Made by a program: the position numbers and the translations under genes. Under the pieces are notes generated by a model that was not told where the DNA came from, searched no databases, and saw nothing but the letters and a program-made list of their open reading frames with translations. A stretch of DNA of 64,000 nucleotides from Thermoplasmata archaeon (GTDB taxonomy: Archaea; Thermoplasmatota; Thermoplasmata; Lutacidiplasmatales; UBA184), in contig DASPVQ010000020.1 in the NCBI GenBank assembly GCA_035622275.1, positions 2,494 through 66,493 on the forward strand, given 5' to 3'. Of this stretch, positions 46,783-56,369 are shown piece after piece. The stretch's first letter is position 1. Every line of letters begins with the position of its first letter.

Positions 46783-47490
46783 TCACCCGGGGCTCGCACC
46801 CCCCAGCGCGCGCGCGGCGGCCGGGAGGTCCCGCAGTCGGACTGCGGCGCCGACTCGCCACGGGCTCGACGAGGGGGATTTCTCGCAGATCAGCGCGCCC
46901 TCCTCCCAACGCTCGAGGCTCGGCGCGCGGACCTCGAAGGAATGGTCGAACGCCCACTGCCCGCGCCCGGGCCGAGTGGTGATCCCGAAGAACGGCAGCA
47001 GGCCGCCCTTCACCATCGCCTGGAGGAACGGCGCCACCTCTTCGGGCGTGCTGGGATAGTACCGCCGGACCAGATCGACGTTGGCGATCCCGAGGGCCCG
47101 CGCCGCGCTCTTGCCCTGCTGGTAGCCGATCAGCTCCTGGGTGACGTCGGGGAGCCGGAGAAAGTCCGCGAGCAGCGACGACTGCCGTTCCCCGGCGCTC
47201 AAGAGCGAGGTGAGGGCCATGTTGGCGATCGCCTCGTGCGGCTGGAGCTCCATCGGATCGCCCACGAGGTAGGCGCGCTCCTTGGCGATCCACCCGAGGT
47301 CGACGGGGGTCGGGGCGCCCTCGGCTCCGCCCGGCGCGACCACCTGCACCCAGAACGGCTCGGGGTCGTTCGCCCGCACCATGGCGAACAGGAGCCGGTT
47401 GACCACGGCCCGGTGCTCGCCCCACAGGACGGTCGCGCCCGGAGGGCGGCTCAGCTCGGTAAAATCCAGCGGGCTGGGCTCCAGCAGCAC
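46783..47490 (-). CDS. Hypothetical protein, possible degenerate RecA/KaiC-fold ATPase
   Basis: TVLWGEHRAVVN (possibly eroded P-loop), FWVQV strand, LGIANVD (Walker B-like); TATATA about 32 nt upstream. Confidence 0.55.
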   Translation of the reverse strand: MLLEPSPLDFTELSRPPGATVLWGEHRAVVNRLLFAMVRANDPEPFWVQVVAPGGAEGAPTPVDLGWIAKERAYLVGDPMELQPHEAIANMALTSLLSAGERQSSLLADFLRLPDVTQELIGYQQGKSAARALGIANVDLVRRYYPSTPEEVAPFLQAMVKGGLLPFFGITTRPGRGQWAFDHSFEVRAPSLERWEEGALICEKSPSSSPWRVGAAVRLRDLPAAARALGGASPG

Positions 47491-47611
47491 CGGCGTTCGC
47501 TCCTCTACCGGTGACCCGCCCTATATACTCATGGAGCGGCGCGCACGGGCCTCGCCTCGGCCGGCCGGAGGCCGGTCGTCCCGCCGGGCCCCGGTCCGCC
47601 GAAGCGCCGGC

Positions 47612-49564
47612 TCACTTGGTCGTGGGGTCGGGCAGGTAGTACCGCGACAGGAGCTCGAGGAACCTCAGGTCCCTCCTCGCCCCGGCGAACAGTGGAGAGA
47701 GGCGGATTCGCGCGAGCTGCAGCGTGTGCTCCTTGACGGCGAGGTGCATGCACTCGAAGAACCGGTCCAGGTCCCCGAGCGCGTAGTAGATGAACCCGAT
47801 GGAGTTGTGCGAGCGCGCGCTGCCCTGGTACCGCGCCTCGCTCATCCGGGCGATCACCTTCATGGCGGTGGCCCGGTCGCCCTGGACCCCGGCGAGGTAG
47901 CCTCGGCAGAGCAGCGCGTTGTCGCTCGTGGGCGCGATGCGCTCGAGCTCCCGGACGCTGCGCTCCGCCTGCTCGAGATCCCCGGTGTAGATGTAGTACT
48001 CCACGAGCCCGCGATAGGCGTTGATCGGACTCTGCTCCGCATGCCTCTTCCAGTGCGCGAGGGCGTCGTCGAGGCGACCCGAGGAGAAGTACGCGTCGCC
48101 GAGCCGGCGGATCGTCTCCGTCGAGAGGGGGTCGAGGTGGTAGGCTTCCTCCGCCTGGAGGATGTAGGACTCTCGTACGCCGAAGGTCGCCGCCATCGCC
48201 GTGAGGATCGAGTGACCCTGGGCCAGGTTCGGGTTCAGCTCGAGGGCCCGTCGCACCTCCCGGTTCAGCACGTCGGACGGCTCGTCGGCCATGAAGGCGA
48301 GCTCGCCCCGCGCGGCGTGCGCCTCGGCGAGGTCGGGGTCGACAGCGCAGGCCTTCTCGGCGGCCGCCCGGCCGAGCTTGATGGCTTCCATCCAGGGCGT
48401 GAACCCCTCGGCGCCGAGGCCGATGTAGGCGCGGGCGAGGCCGGCGTACGCCCGGGCGAAGGTCGGGTCGGTCCGGATCGACTTCTGGAAGAACGCCACC
48501 GACTGCCGCAGCGAGTCCTCGTCCTGGTGCCACATCAGCGCCGTTCCCTGGAGGTAGTCCAGGTAGGCCTCCGTCGCGGTCGGCTTCTCGAGGGTGGGAA
48601 CCGGGGCTCGGGCCTTCTCCAGGCTGCGGGGCAGCGAGGTGGCGACCTTCGTCGCGATGTCGCTCTGGACCGCGAAGATGTCGTTGAGGTCGTCATCGTA
48701 CTTCGATGTCCACAGGTGCTCCTCGGTCCCGACATCGATGACCTGGACGGTGACCCGGATCCGGTTCGCGGCGCGCCGGACGCTGCCCTCGACGATCGTG
48801 CCGACCCCGAGCTCCTTGCCGATCGTCGCGACCGACTTGTCGGTCTTCTTGTAGCCGATCACGGACGTCCGGGCGATCACCTTGAGGCCCGGGACGAGCG
48901 AGAGGTTCGCGATCAGCTCCTCCGTCATCCCGTCCGCGAAGTACTCGTCGCTGGGGTCCGGGCTGATGTTCGCGAAGGGCAGCACCGCGAGCCGGCTGGG
49001 ATCCGGAGGGCTCGAGTCCTCGGCCGCGGCGGGGTGACCATTGTCGCTCCACGGCAGCACCACCCGGTAGACGTCGATCGGCGACTGGAGCCCCTTGAGC
49101 TCCTGGGCGGGGAGCTTAGAGAACTTGTCCGGCACCTTGGTGCGGACCTGGTCGTAGACGGCCCCCGAGACGCAGATGCCGCCCGGTTCTGCGAGCGGTT
49201 CGAGGCGGGCCGCGATGTTCACCGCATCGCCGAGGATGTCCGCGCCGTTGCGCACGACGTCGCCGAGATGGACCCCGATCCGGATCCGGATCGGGGCGTG
49301 ACCGCCCTCGGAGTTCTGTTCGAAGAGGCGACGCTGGATGTTGACCGCGCACTGCACGGCCCGCAGGGCGCTGTCGAACTCGACGAGGAACCCATCGCCC
49401 GTGGACTTGATCTCGTGCCCCTGGTGGAGCGCCAAGAGCGGGCGGACCAGCTCGGCTTGCTGTCGTAACGAGTCGAGCGCCCGGCCCTCGTTGGCCTGCG
49501 TGGACGCGGTGTAGCCCACGGTGTCGGTGAACATTACGGCCGCGAGACGGCGCCCGGTCGCCAC
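47612..49564 (-). CDS. Class III adenylate/guanylate cyclase + TolB-like domain + TPR repeats
   Basis: RRLAAVMFTD, KSTGDG, DILGDAVNIAAR, LKG; LAVLPFANIS..DEYFADGMTEELI; TPRs. Confidence 0.93.
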   Translation of the reverse strand: MATGRRLAAVMFTDTVGYTASTQANEGRALDSLRQQAELVRPLLALHQGHEIKSTGDGFLVEFDSALRAVQCAVNIQRRLFEQNSEGGHAPIRIRIGVHLGDVVRNGADILGDAVNIAARLEPLAEPGGICVSGAVYDQVRTKVPDKFSKLPAQELKGLQSPIDVYRVVLPWSDNGHPAAAEDSSPPDPSRLAVLPFANISPDPSDEYFADGMTEELIANLSLVPGLKVIARTSVIGYKKTDKSVATIGKELGVGTIVEGSVRRAANRIRVTVQVIDVGTEEHLWTSKYDDDLNDIFAVQSDIATKVATSLPRSLEKARAPVPTLEKPTATEAYLDYLQGTALMWHQDEDSLRQSVAFFQKSIRTDPTFARAYAGLARAYIGLGAEGFTPWMEAIKLGRAAAEKACAVDPDLAEAHAARGELAFMADEPSDVLNREVRRALELNPNLAQGHSILTAMAATFGVRESYILQAEEAYHLDPLSTETIRRLGDAYFSSGRLDDALAHWKRHAEQSPINAYRGLVEYYIYTGDLEQAERSVRELERIAPTSDNALLCRGYLAGVQGDRATAMKVIARMSEARYQGSARSHNSIGFIYYALGDLDRFFECMHLAVKEHTLQLARIRLSPLFAGARRDLRFLELLSRYYLPDPTTK

Positions 49565-49729
49565 GTGAATTGGATGACATCCATGAGATAAGGGTGCGGT
49601 CATCGCTCGCCGCCGCCCCTCGCCCGAGCGAGGGCGGCCGCCGGGCCGCGGAGGGCGGTCCGAGCGCTCGGCCGCGCCGGCGCGAACAAGTAGGTCCGTG
49701 CGGTATACGGTTCGCGGAGGCGCGCGACG

Positions 49730-50191
49730 ATGGTGTATGTGAAGGACGAAGGGAGCCTGTTCGACGCGCCGATCGACTTCGTCTGGAAGTACATCTTCGG
49801 CGGAGCGGACCACGATTCGGCCCACACGACGACCCGGAGCCCGACGTTCGGCAAGGTGTCGGAGATCACCTTCACGTATGGCTCGGAGCGGCACCTACGT
49901 GGCGTGTGGGCGCCGGATAAGCTGCGCATCTCCATGTTCCCGCCGGTGGCCGTCGCGACCGAATGGCTGGAGGGGGTCCTGGCGGACTCGAAGCTGGTGT
50001 ACGTGTACTCGCCCGCGGGCGACCAGACTCGCATCGATGTCTACGGTGACTTCCGGTCGAAGACGCTGCCCGCATCCGAGGTCGAGGCCGCCGCCCGCGA
50101 GTTCCTCGAGACGGAATTCCGGGACGACGCCTCCGCGATCCGAAGAGCGTACGCCAAGGAAATGGGTTCCACCGGGACACGCGACGGGTGA
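49730..50191 (+). CDS. SRPBCC-like protein
   Basis: DAPIDFVWKY...H..AH...PP......EG..A.SK....Y.P.G..TR.DV.GD; paralogue of 63410-63850. Confidence 0.75.
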   Translation: MVYVKDEGSLFDAPIDFVWKYIFGGADHDSAHTTTRSPTFGKVSEITFTYGSERHLRGVWAPDKLRISMFPPVAVATEWLEGVLADSKLVYVYSPAGDQTRIDVYGDFRSKTLPASEVEAAAREFLETEFRDDASAIRRAYAKEMGSTGTRDG

Positions 50192-50587
50192 CCGGCGTCG
50201 GGCCGCGCCCACGCCGCGGCCAGCCCTCCGAGAGTCGGCAGCTCGCGGGAGCGAAGGCGACCGGCCGCTCGGCCGGACTCGGCGGGTGGGACTTCTTGGC
50301 CATCCGCCTCCCCAGGATCGGGTTCGCCGACACCGCGGAGGGTCCCTCCCGGCGCGGCTCCGACGCGGTCGGGCAGCGCCGCTAGGAACCGCCGCACGGC
50401 CCCTCACGCCGCGGCGACCGGGCGAGTAGCGCCTGATCTCGCCAGGTGGTTTGGCGCCACGCCGTAACCTAGCGGTTGAACTCGTCGACCTTGTCGCCGC
50501 CGGGCAAAGGACCGAGCGCGGAGGGACGGGTCACGCGCGCCCCCGACCGTTATCTTCCGACGGCGCTGCGCCAGGCAGGGCGGGCGA

Positions 50588-51046
50588 GTGACGGACGCGA
50601 AGGGAAGCATCCTGCACCAGCAGGCGCTCACGGTGATGGGGTTCTTCACGGGCCTCGTCCTGACCTCTCTGGTCCTGATCCTCGACTCGCCCGGTCCGTT
50701 CCATGCGCCGATCGGCGACCTTTCGGGCCAGCAGTACTTCGAGCTCGTGACCACGTACGTGGCGGCCGTGGGCGCCCTTAGCAGCGTCGGGATGATCGCG
50801 TTCCTCGAGGTAGCGGGCGGTCTCGCTCCAACCTTCAGCTTCGTCGACCGCCTCGCCACGAGCCTATTCTTTCTCAGCGTCTTCGGTTTCATGGGGATCC
50901 TCCCGCTCCTCCTGGCCCCGTTCACTCACGCGGGCGCCGCGGCGATCCTCGCCCTCGAAGCCGTGTTGCTCGCGGTCTACTTCGTCGGCCGCGTGATCGC
51001 GCGCGACCGACGTGGCGTCCCCGACCAGGGACCCGTGGGCCGGTAG
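50588..51046 (+). CDS. Hypothetical 4-TM membrane protein
   Basis: Four hydrophobic helices. Confidence 0.72.
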   Translation: MTDAKGSILHQQALTVMGFFTGLVLTSLVLILDSPGPFHAPIGDLSGQQYFELVTTYVAAVGALSSVGMIAFLEVAGGLAPTFSFVDRLATSLFFLSVFGFMGILPLLLAPFTHAGAAAILALEAVLLAVYFVGRVIARDRRGVPDQGPVGR

Positions 51047-51117
51047 GTGGCCTCGGGAGGAACTCCCTCGGCCGATGGGTCCATACGACCGAGCTCCCGT
51101 AGCTCCAACGGGTTCTC

Positions 51118-52152
51118 GTGCGGAATCTCTGGCCCATCTTTTTCCTGGCGGCCCTGACGCCATGCGTCGAGTTCTTGACCGGCTCCACTTCGTTCCTGGG
51201 GCTGTTCGCCGCACTGCCGATGTCGGCGATCCCCTTCGTCGCGATCACGCTGCCCGGTTACATTTTCCCCGTCCTGCTGATCCGGGACGCGCTCGTCGCG
51301 TGGTCCAAGGGATGGGCCTCGTTGCTCGGCCTCGGCATCGCCTACGGGGCCGTGAACGAAGGCCTCCTCGCCAAGACCTACTTCGTAGTGAACCCGCTCT
51401 CCCCGCCGCTCGGACCCGGGGGTGGGCTGGGCCGGTGGCTTGGCGTGAACTGGCCTTGGGTGACCGAGATCTCGCTCTTCCACATGGTCGTCAGCATCTC
51501 GGTGCCGGTCGTGCTCGGCTTCCTGATCTTCCCCGAGACCCGCGCGGTGCGTTTCTTGAGCCGCGGCGCGATCCGGTGGATGATTGCCTTCCTGCTCGTA
51601 GAGATCACCGCGATCATCGCGCTCCAGTCGATCGTGGGCGACTATCGCAGTCTGCTGCCCCTTTACCCGCTCCCGATCGCGGTCGTCCTGGGCGGGATCT
51701 ATCTCGCGCGCCGGATGCCGCGGCCCGATTCGCGCCGGACTCTCGAGGGAGGCTTCGGCCGCCCCGTGCCCCTCGGGCTGGCGGGGCTGGGGTTCTTTGT
51801 GGTCATGTTCCTCCCGATCCTCGGATTCTTCCCCATCGCGTTCGTCGCGACCCCGGTGCTCGCGGACGGACTCTACCGACTGGGCGCGGCCTCGGGGGTG
51901 GTCGCAGCGGTCTATCCGCTCGCTTGCGCCGGCCTCGCGATGCGTTTCTTCTCGCGGTACACCCTCGGGGACGTCCAGCTGCTCGCGCTTGTCACCGGTG
52001 TGATGATCGTGCCGATGGCCCACGCAGTCTCGACGCTCGACTTCGCGGTAGGCGCCCCGGTCGCGGCCGCGCTCTACCTGGCGGCGATCCTGCTCGCGCG
52101 AAGCCGGATCCTGAAGCGCGCGGAGTCGCCGACGACTTCCGCGGCGGTCTGA
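51118..52152 (+). CDS. Multi-pass membrane protein
   Basis: About 10 TM segments; E.LTGST, LG.AYG..NEGL..K..F, G.NW.W.....FH...SI..P. Confidence 0.78.
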   Translation: MRNLWPIFFLAALTPCVEFLTGSTSFLGLFAALPMSAIPFVAITLPGYIFPVLLIRDALVAWSKGWASLLGLGIAYGAVNEGLLAKTYFVVNPLSPPLGPGGGLGRWLGVNWPWVTEISLFHMVVSISVPVVLGFLIFPETRAVRFLSRGAIRWMIAFLLVEITAIIALQSIVGDYRSLLPLYPLPIAVVLGGIYLARRMPRPDSRRTLEGGFGRPVPLGLAGLGFFVVMFLPILGFFPIAFVATPVLADGLYRLGAASGVVAAVYPLACAGLAMRFFSRYTLGDVQLLALVTGVMIVPMAHAVSTLDFAVGAPVAAALYLAAILLARSRILKRAESPTTSAAV

Positions 52153-52158
52153 AGGACC

Positions 52159-52596
52159 TCAGCCCCGCAGATAGGTCTGGTCCTCGGCGTCGATCGTCTC
52201 GAGGACGCGCTTGAGGACAGTGCCTTGCGGCAGGAAAAACGGCACGACCGTGATCCGCAGCTCCCCACGGGACTGGATCCGGGTACCTCCCGCGGCCTCC
52301 GAGTAGGTGTTCTCCATCCAGGAGCCGAGTGCATAGGGTCCCGTCCCCGCCACGATCTCCCATCGAAGCATATCCGGCGGTCGCGCGGTGTATCGCCACT
52401 GGGACGACAGCAGCCGTCCCCGGGCGTCGATCGAGCGCTCGAGCGTCGTGGACGCGCCGGTCTGTCCGATCGTTCGTTGCTGTCGGATGAGGGGGTGGAT
52501 GCGCGAGATTCGCGTGTCGTCCGTGTGGTCGCGCAGCAGTTGCCAGACGCGATCTCGGGGGAACGGAAACACTTCGTCGTGCTCGTATCGAACCAT
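52159..52596 (-). CDS. SRPBCC-like protein
   Basis: FPRDRVWQLL..H......IHP, PP...RWE...G.GP...GS.....Y....GGT; AT-rich box about 30 nt upstream. Confidence 0.72.
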   Translation of the reverse strand: MVRYEHDEVFPFPRDRVWQLLRDHTDDTRISRIHPLIRQQRTIGQTGASTTLERSIDARGRLLSSQWRYTARPPDMLRWEIVAGTGPYALGSWMENTYSEAAGGTRIQSRGELRITVVPFFLPQGTVLKRVLETIDAEDQTYLRG

Positions 52597-52695
52597 GCGC
52601 CCGACCGGCGAGATCCGGAGCGTACATAATGAACGCACGCTCGCGCGGCAACCGATCCGGGCAAGGCCGGTCACCGACGAGTTGGGACCGATCGA

Positions 52696-53160
52696 CTACC
52701 GTCGCACGACGAACTCGACCCGACACTGGGCCCAGGCTCTCCGGTTCGTCCAAGGGCTACCGAGGTACACCTCGCGGACCGCCCCCACGGATCGAATCGT
52801 GCCGTCCTTTCGACGGGCGCGGGTCCAATCGATCAGCCCGTGGTAGACGAGGCGCGGCGAGATCCGCTCGGGGTCGAACGTGACGGTAGCTACCCACTCG
52901 GACGGCAGGGTTCGCAGACGGATCCGCCCGTCGGAGGCGGGGTGTCCCCCGATCTCGAGACACGCCTCCCAGCGGTGGCGGCCGCGGTCGACGAAGATCC
53001 AGCGGCCGGTGCGCAGATGGTGGTGCGCTGCCCAGCGGACGAGCTCCGCGAACTCGGTCCGAAGATTGTCCTCCTTCCACCGCCCGATCCGGACGATCGA
53101 AGCGACGCGGCGGCGGCGAGCTCGCGCCAGAGAGAAATCCACCCGACAGGACCTCTTCAT
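52696..53160 (-). CDS. GyrI-like small-molecule-binding domain protein
   Basis: VAS....G.W......F..L..WA, WEACLEI, R.LP...VA...F, Y..L..W, REVY...PW. Confidence 0.72.
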   Translation of the reverse strand: MKRSCRVDFSLARARRRRVASIVRIGRWKEDNLRTEFAELVRWAAHHHLRTGRWIFVDRGRHRWEACLEIGGHPASDGRIRLRTLPSEWVATVTFDPERISPRLVYHGLIDWTRARRKDGTIRSVGAVREVYLGSPWTNRRAWAQCRVEFVVRR

Positions 53161-53260
53161 GGGGTCGCGGACCGTGGAGGCATGCCCGGCGCGGGAGATA
53201 GGCTTGGAGCCGTCCGTGGGCGGCTGCACGCAGTTATCCGCGGACGACGATCGCGCTGTC

Positions 53261-54037
53261 GTGGCCGTCGTGGACGCTCGCGTCCGGGTGCATCACCCCT
53301 GTCCGTACTGCGACCTCTCCGGGGAGTTCCCGCGCACGCTCCTGCTGCTATGGTGCGACAACCGTCGCGATGTCTTCGTCGCGTCCTCTCCTGACGAGGG
53401 AGAGCTACGTCGCGTGGTGCGGGCGTTTCGGGCCTCCTTTCGTGCCCGAACGCTGCTCGAGAGCGGCAAGGACGCCGTGGTGAGCCTGGCAGAGTTCGAG
53501 TGGGCCGACCCGCCCTCGGTGACCGGCATCGCCCGGAAATCCGGGGTCTGGGTCCTGCACCCGGTCGTCTACTTCGGAGGCACCGAGACCTACCGGCTCG
53601 TCTCTCCCTCGAGTTCGCGCCTGAACGCGTTCCTGCAGCGGGTGCGGCGGCTCGGCGACCTCGAACTCCTCTCGGTCTCCACCCGGGCCGACATCGGTGA
53701 TGTGCGGGACCTACCGGCGGCCGCGGTGCACTTCTTCGAGGGTCTCACGGACCGACAAGCTCGGTCGCTGGTCGCCGCGTTCGAGGGCGGTCTGTTCGAT
53801 GTGCCCGCCCGGTCGAGTTGGGACGCGGTCGCCCGGAACGAGGGCCTGTCGTGGTCCACTTTCGGAGAGCACCTGCGAAAAGCCCAGCTCCGACTGCTGG
53901 CCAACAGCTACTCGGCCCTGAAGGCGCGCAGCGGTCGTGCGGAGACCCCGGTCCTGCTGCCGCGGATCGGGTCCCGTCGCCCGAGTCGTAGAGCCCCGTT
54001 GCGGGGAACGCGCTCGACCGGAGCCCCGGACGGCTAG
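53261..54037 (+). CDS. Bat-like HTH-10 transcriptional regulator
   Basis: LTDRQ...L..A...G.FD.P.......VA...G.S.ST..EHLRKA; N-terminal HHPCPYC; GTTAT about 25 nt upstream. Confidence 0.88.
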   Translation: MAVVDARVRVHHPCPYCDLSGEFPRTLLLLWCDNRRDVFVASSPDEGELRRVVRAFRASFRARTLLESGKDAVVSLAEFEWADPPSVTGIARKSGVWVLHPVVYFGGTETYRLVSPSSSRLNAFLQRVRRLGDLELLSVSTRADIGDVRDLPAAAVHFFEGLTDRQARSLVAAFEGGLFDVPARSSWDAVARNEGLSWSTFGEHLRKAQLRLLANSYSALKARSGRAETPVLLPRIGSRRPSRRAPLRGTRSTGAPDG

Positions 54038-54756
54038 GAGACGGATCGACGGGATCCGGCTCGGCGGGCGCCGAACAGACCCAGCCCTTCGCGCCGGCTG
54101 GGTTCGGAGTTCCCCCGTCGCGCCCAACGGGCCAGCGCGGGGCACAGATTCCCTCCCGGGCCGTGATCGATGATCACGACGGCGTGCGGACCGAGGAGGG
54201 GATCGAGCCGCTCCAGCTCGCGAAACGTGGCGCCGCATTCGTGGGGGACATCGTACACGAAGAGACCGATGCTCGGTAGCTGCTCGGCCAGCAGCGGAAG
54301 CACGTCCGCCTTGTCGCCGAGGCGCAGGTCCCAGCCCCGGCGAAGCCGGGGGGGAACGGCCCATCCGGTCGCCCGCCCTGGCGGCAGGCTCCACGAGAAG
54401 CGGGTCCGCTTCCGGTGCGCGCGGGACGGGGCTTCGTGCGAGGGCAGATCGACGGAATGGAGGCGGCCGGAGCCGTTGCGTTCGAGGGCGCCCAGCAGGT
54501 AGGCCGACGACACTCCGGAGGAGACACCGACCTCCACCACGTGGTCCGGCTGCATCAGCCGCACGAGCGCGTAGAGCTCCAGCGGGGCGTCAATCTCGAT
54601 GTAGGACTCCCGGCCCTCGCGTGCGTGCTGGCGGGCGAGGTAGGAGTAGATTCGCGTTTCGTTCCGGGCCTCCGCGATGGCAGAGTCTGCCTCCGCTGCG
54701 GATCTATCGGAAAGTCGCGCGACCCATCCGCCGTCGGGATCTATCTCGGGCTGCAT
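54034..54756 (-). CDS. Class I SAM methyltransferase (Methyltransf_24-like)
   Basis: LYALVR...P..VVEVGV..G.SS..LL.AL..N..G.L.S.DLP, FVYDVPH. Confidence 0.85.
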   Translation of the reverse strand: MQPEIDPDGGWVARLSDRSAAEADSAIAEARNETRIYSYLARQHAREGRESYIEIDAPLELYALVRLMQPDHVVEVGVSSGVSSAYLLGALERNGSGRLHSVDLPSHEAPSRAHRKRTRFSWSLPPGRATGWAVPPRLRRGWDLRLGDKADVLPLLAEQLPSIGLFVYDVPHECGATFRELERLDPLLGPHAVVIIDHGPGGNLCPALARWARRGNSEPSRREGLGLFGARRAGSRRSVS

Positions 54757-54769
54757 GGCCGGAGCATCC

Positions 54770-55213
54770 TCACGGCCCCTCGAGGTCGGACAGGTCGCCG
54801 ATCCACTCCCTCGCGGTCTCGATCCCGGGGCGGGCGGACCGTATGCGCGCGAAGGCCGCGTCGAGCGTTATCCCCTCCGTCCGATGCAGGTACCACGCCG
54901 CCGCCAGCGGCGACCGGCGAATGCCGTGCCCGCAGAAGACGAGCACCGGGCGCCGATCGGAGCGCGCCGCGCCGATCGCGACCGCGAGTCGGTCGAGGTT
55001 CCGAAGGATCGCGCGGTCCGACGCGGCATCGTAGATCGGGATGTGCTCAGTGGACGACAGGTCCTCGGGCGCCTCGTCGAGCACACAGAACTTCACGCCC
55101 GGGAATCCGCTGGCGTCCTTTCGGCCACCCACGAACAGGCCAGGACCTACCTCCGACGGACCGGATCGCTTCGCGCTGGGCTTCGCCGTGGCCGATGTCT
55201 TCGCTGACCCCAT
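54770..55213 (-). CDS. Dual-specificity protein phosphatase
   Basis: LFVG, HIPIYD, VLVFCGHGIRRS (CX5R), A...IR..RP. Confidence 0.9.
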   Translation of the reverse strand: MGSAKTSATAKPSAKRSGPSEVGPGLFVGGRKDASGFPGVKFCVLDEAPEDLSSTEHIPIYDAASDRAILRNLDRLAVAIGAARSDRRPVLVFCGHGIRRSPLAAAWYLHRTEGITLDAAFARIRSARPGIETAREWIGDLSDLEGP

Positions 55214-55567
55214 GAGACCACCGGTGCTCAGGATGGTGCCGAGGCGCTTGTCTCTTGAGCCGCCCCCGGGCGGTCAGTGCGCGACGGTCACGGTCCGTGA
55301 CGTTGGCGGGGGCGATTCCCGCCAAGGGGCGAGCATGCCTTTGGCGGAGCCCACCTGCTCCGGCCCCCATCGAATCAGGCGGAGTGTCAAAGCACTTCGG
55401 GCCGTCCTCCCGATGCGGCTGGCGGAGCATCTTGATCCGCCCACCGCACGACGGCGAGCCCGGCCGGACACGAACGGCCGCATCCGGCCGATCAGGATCG
55501 TCCGCCCGCGGAGGCCGGTCGCGAGCGAAGCTCGGACCATGAGGACTCCGGTCGGGTCGCGAGCCGC

Positions 55568-55604
55568 GGGTCCGGGGTCGCCGGCCCCGATCGACCCCGG
55601 ACCC
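55568..55604. terminator. 13-bp perfect hairpin just downstream of the ABC permease stop
   Basis: GGGTCCGGGGTCG / CGACCCCGGACCC; no clear U-tract, so the terminator role is uncertain. Confidence 0.35.
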
Positions 55605-55631
55605 ACCGCGGTGCCCCGATGGCGCGGACCG

Positions 55632-56369
55632 TCACTTCCAGCGAGTGAGGATCGTCTCGCGGTCGAAGAGACGCCGTCCCAAGGAAAACAACAGCAGCCC
55701 GATCACGGCGAGGATCCCCGCGAGGAGAAGCGAGTTCCGGGCGTCGAGCGGGAAGACCTGGATCTCGGCCGCGACGTAAAGGATGATGAGGGGAAGGAAC
55801 AGGACCCCCGACATCTGCTGGGCCGATCGTACGTCCTGGACCCGGGACGAGATCGCGACCGACCCCTCGATCGCCACAATGGCGACCAGCGGCGCGAGGA
55901 CGAAGACCTGGGCCACGATCGTGAGGTTGGGATAGTAGTAGTACCCCAGGGGACCGCGGGTGATCGCGTCGATGAGCCCCATGTACGCGGCCGCGCCGGC
56001 CCAGATCGCGATCATCGACGGCAGCCACGCGGCCAGGACCTTTCCGAGGAGGATCTCCCCGTCCGTGCTCGGTGTGGCCAGCAGCGGCTCGAGACTTTTC
56101 TCGACCTTCTCGCCGACGATGCTGTAGGCGGAGATCGACGTCGGCAGCATCGCCCCACCGATCACGAACCAAAAGCTGAACGCGTCCACGAACGAGATGA
56201 TGGTCGCCGAACCCACCGGCGGGCTCTGGACCGCGATGACGTGGACGAGCGCCGGAAACCCGAGCGCCACGCCCACGGGCAGGGCGATAAGCGCGGCGAA
56301 GATCGACCGTCGTCGCCGAATGAGCGTGAGGTCGTGTCGGGTGATCGCCCAGGCCTGGGACAGTCTCAT
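55632..56369 (-). CDS. ABC-2 type transporter permease
   Basis: SIVGEK...SLEPLLATP....EILLGK; 6 TM; overlaps the ATPase stop by 4 nt. Confidence 0.92.
   Translation of the reverse strand: MRLSQAWAITRHDLTLIRRRRSIFAALIALPVGVALGFPALVHVIAVQSPPVGSATIISFVDAFSFWFVIGGAMLPTSISAYSIVGEKVEKSLEPLLATPSTDGEILLGKVLAAWLPSMIAIWAGAAAYMGLIDAITRGPLGYYYYPNLTIVAQVFVLAPLVAIVAIEGSVAISSRVQDVRSAQQMSGVLFLPLIILYVAAEIQVFPLDARNSLLLAGILAVIGLLLFSLGRRLFDRETILTRWK

Noticed and set aside
50192..50315. Minus-strand MAKKSHPP ORF with a GGAGG site
   Set aside because: Runs deep into the convergent SRPBCC-like gene and has low-complexity sequence; at most a remnant
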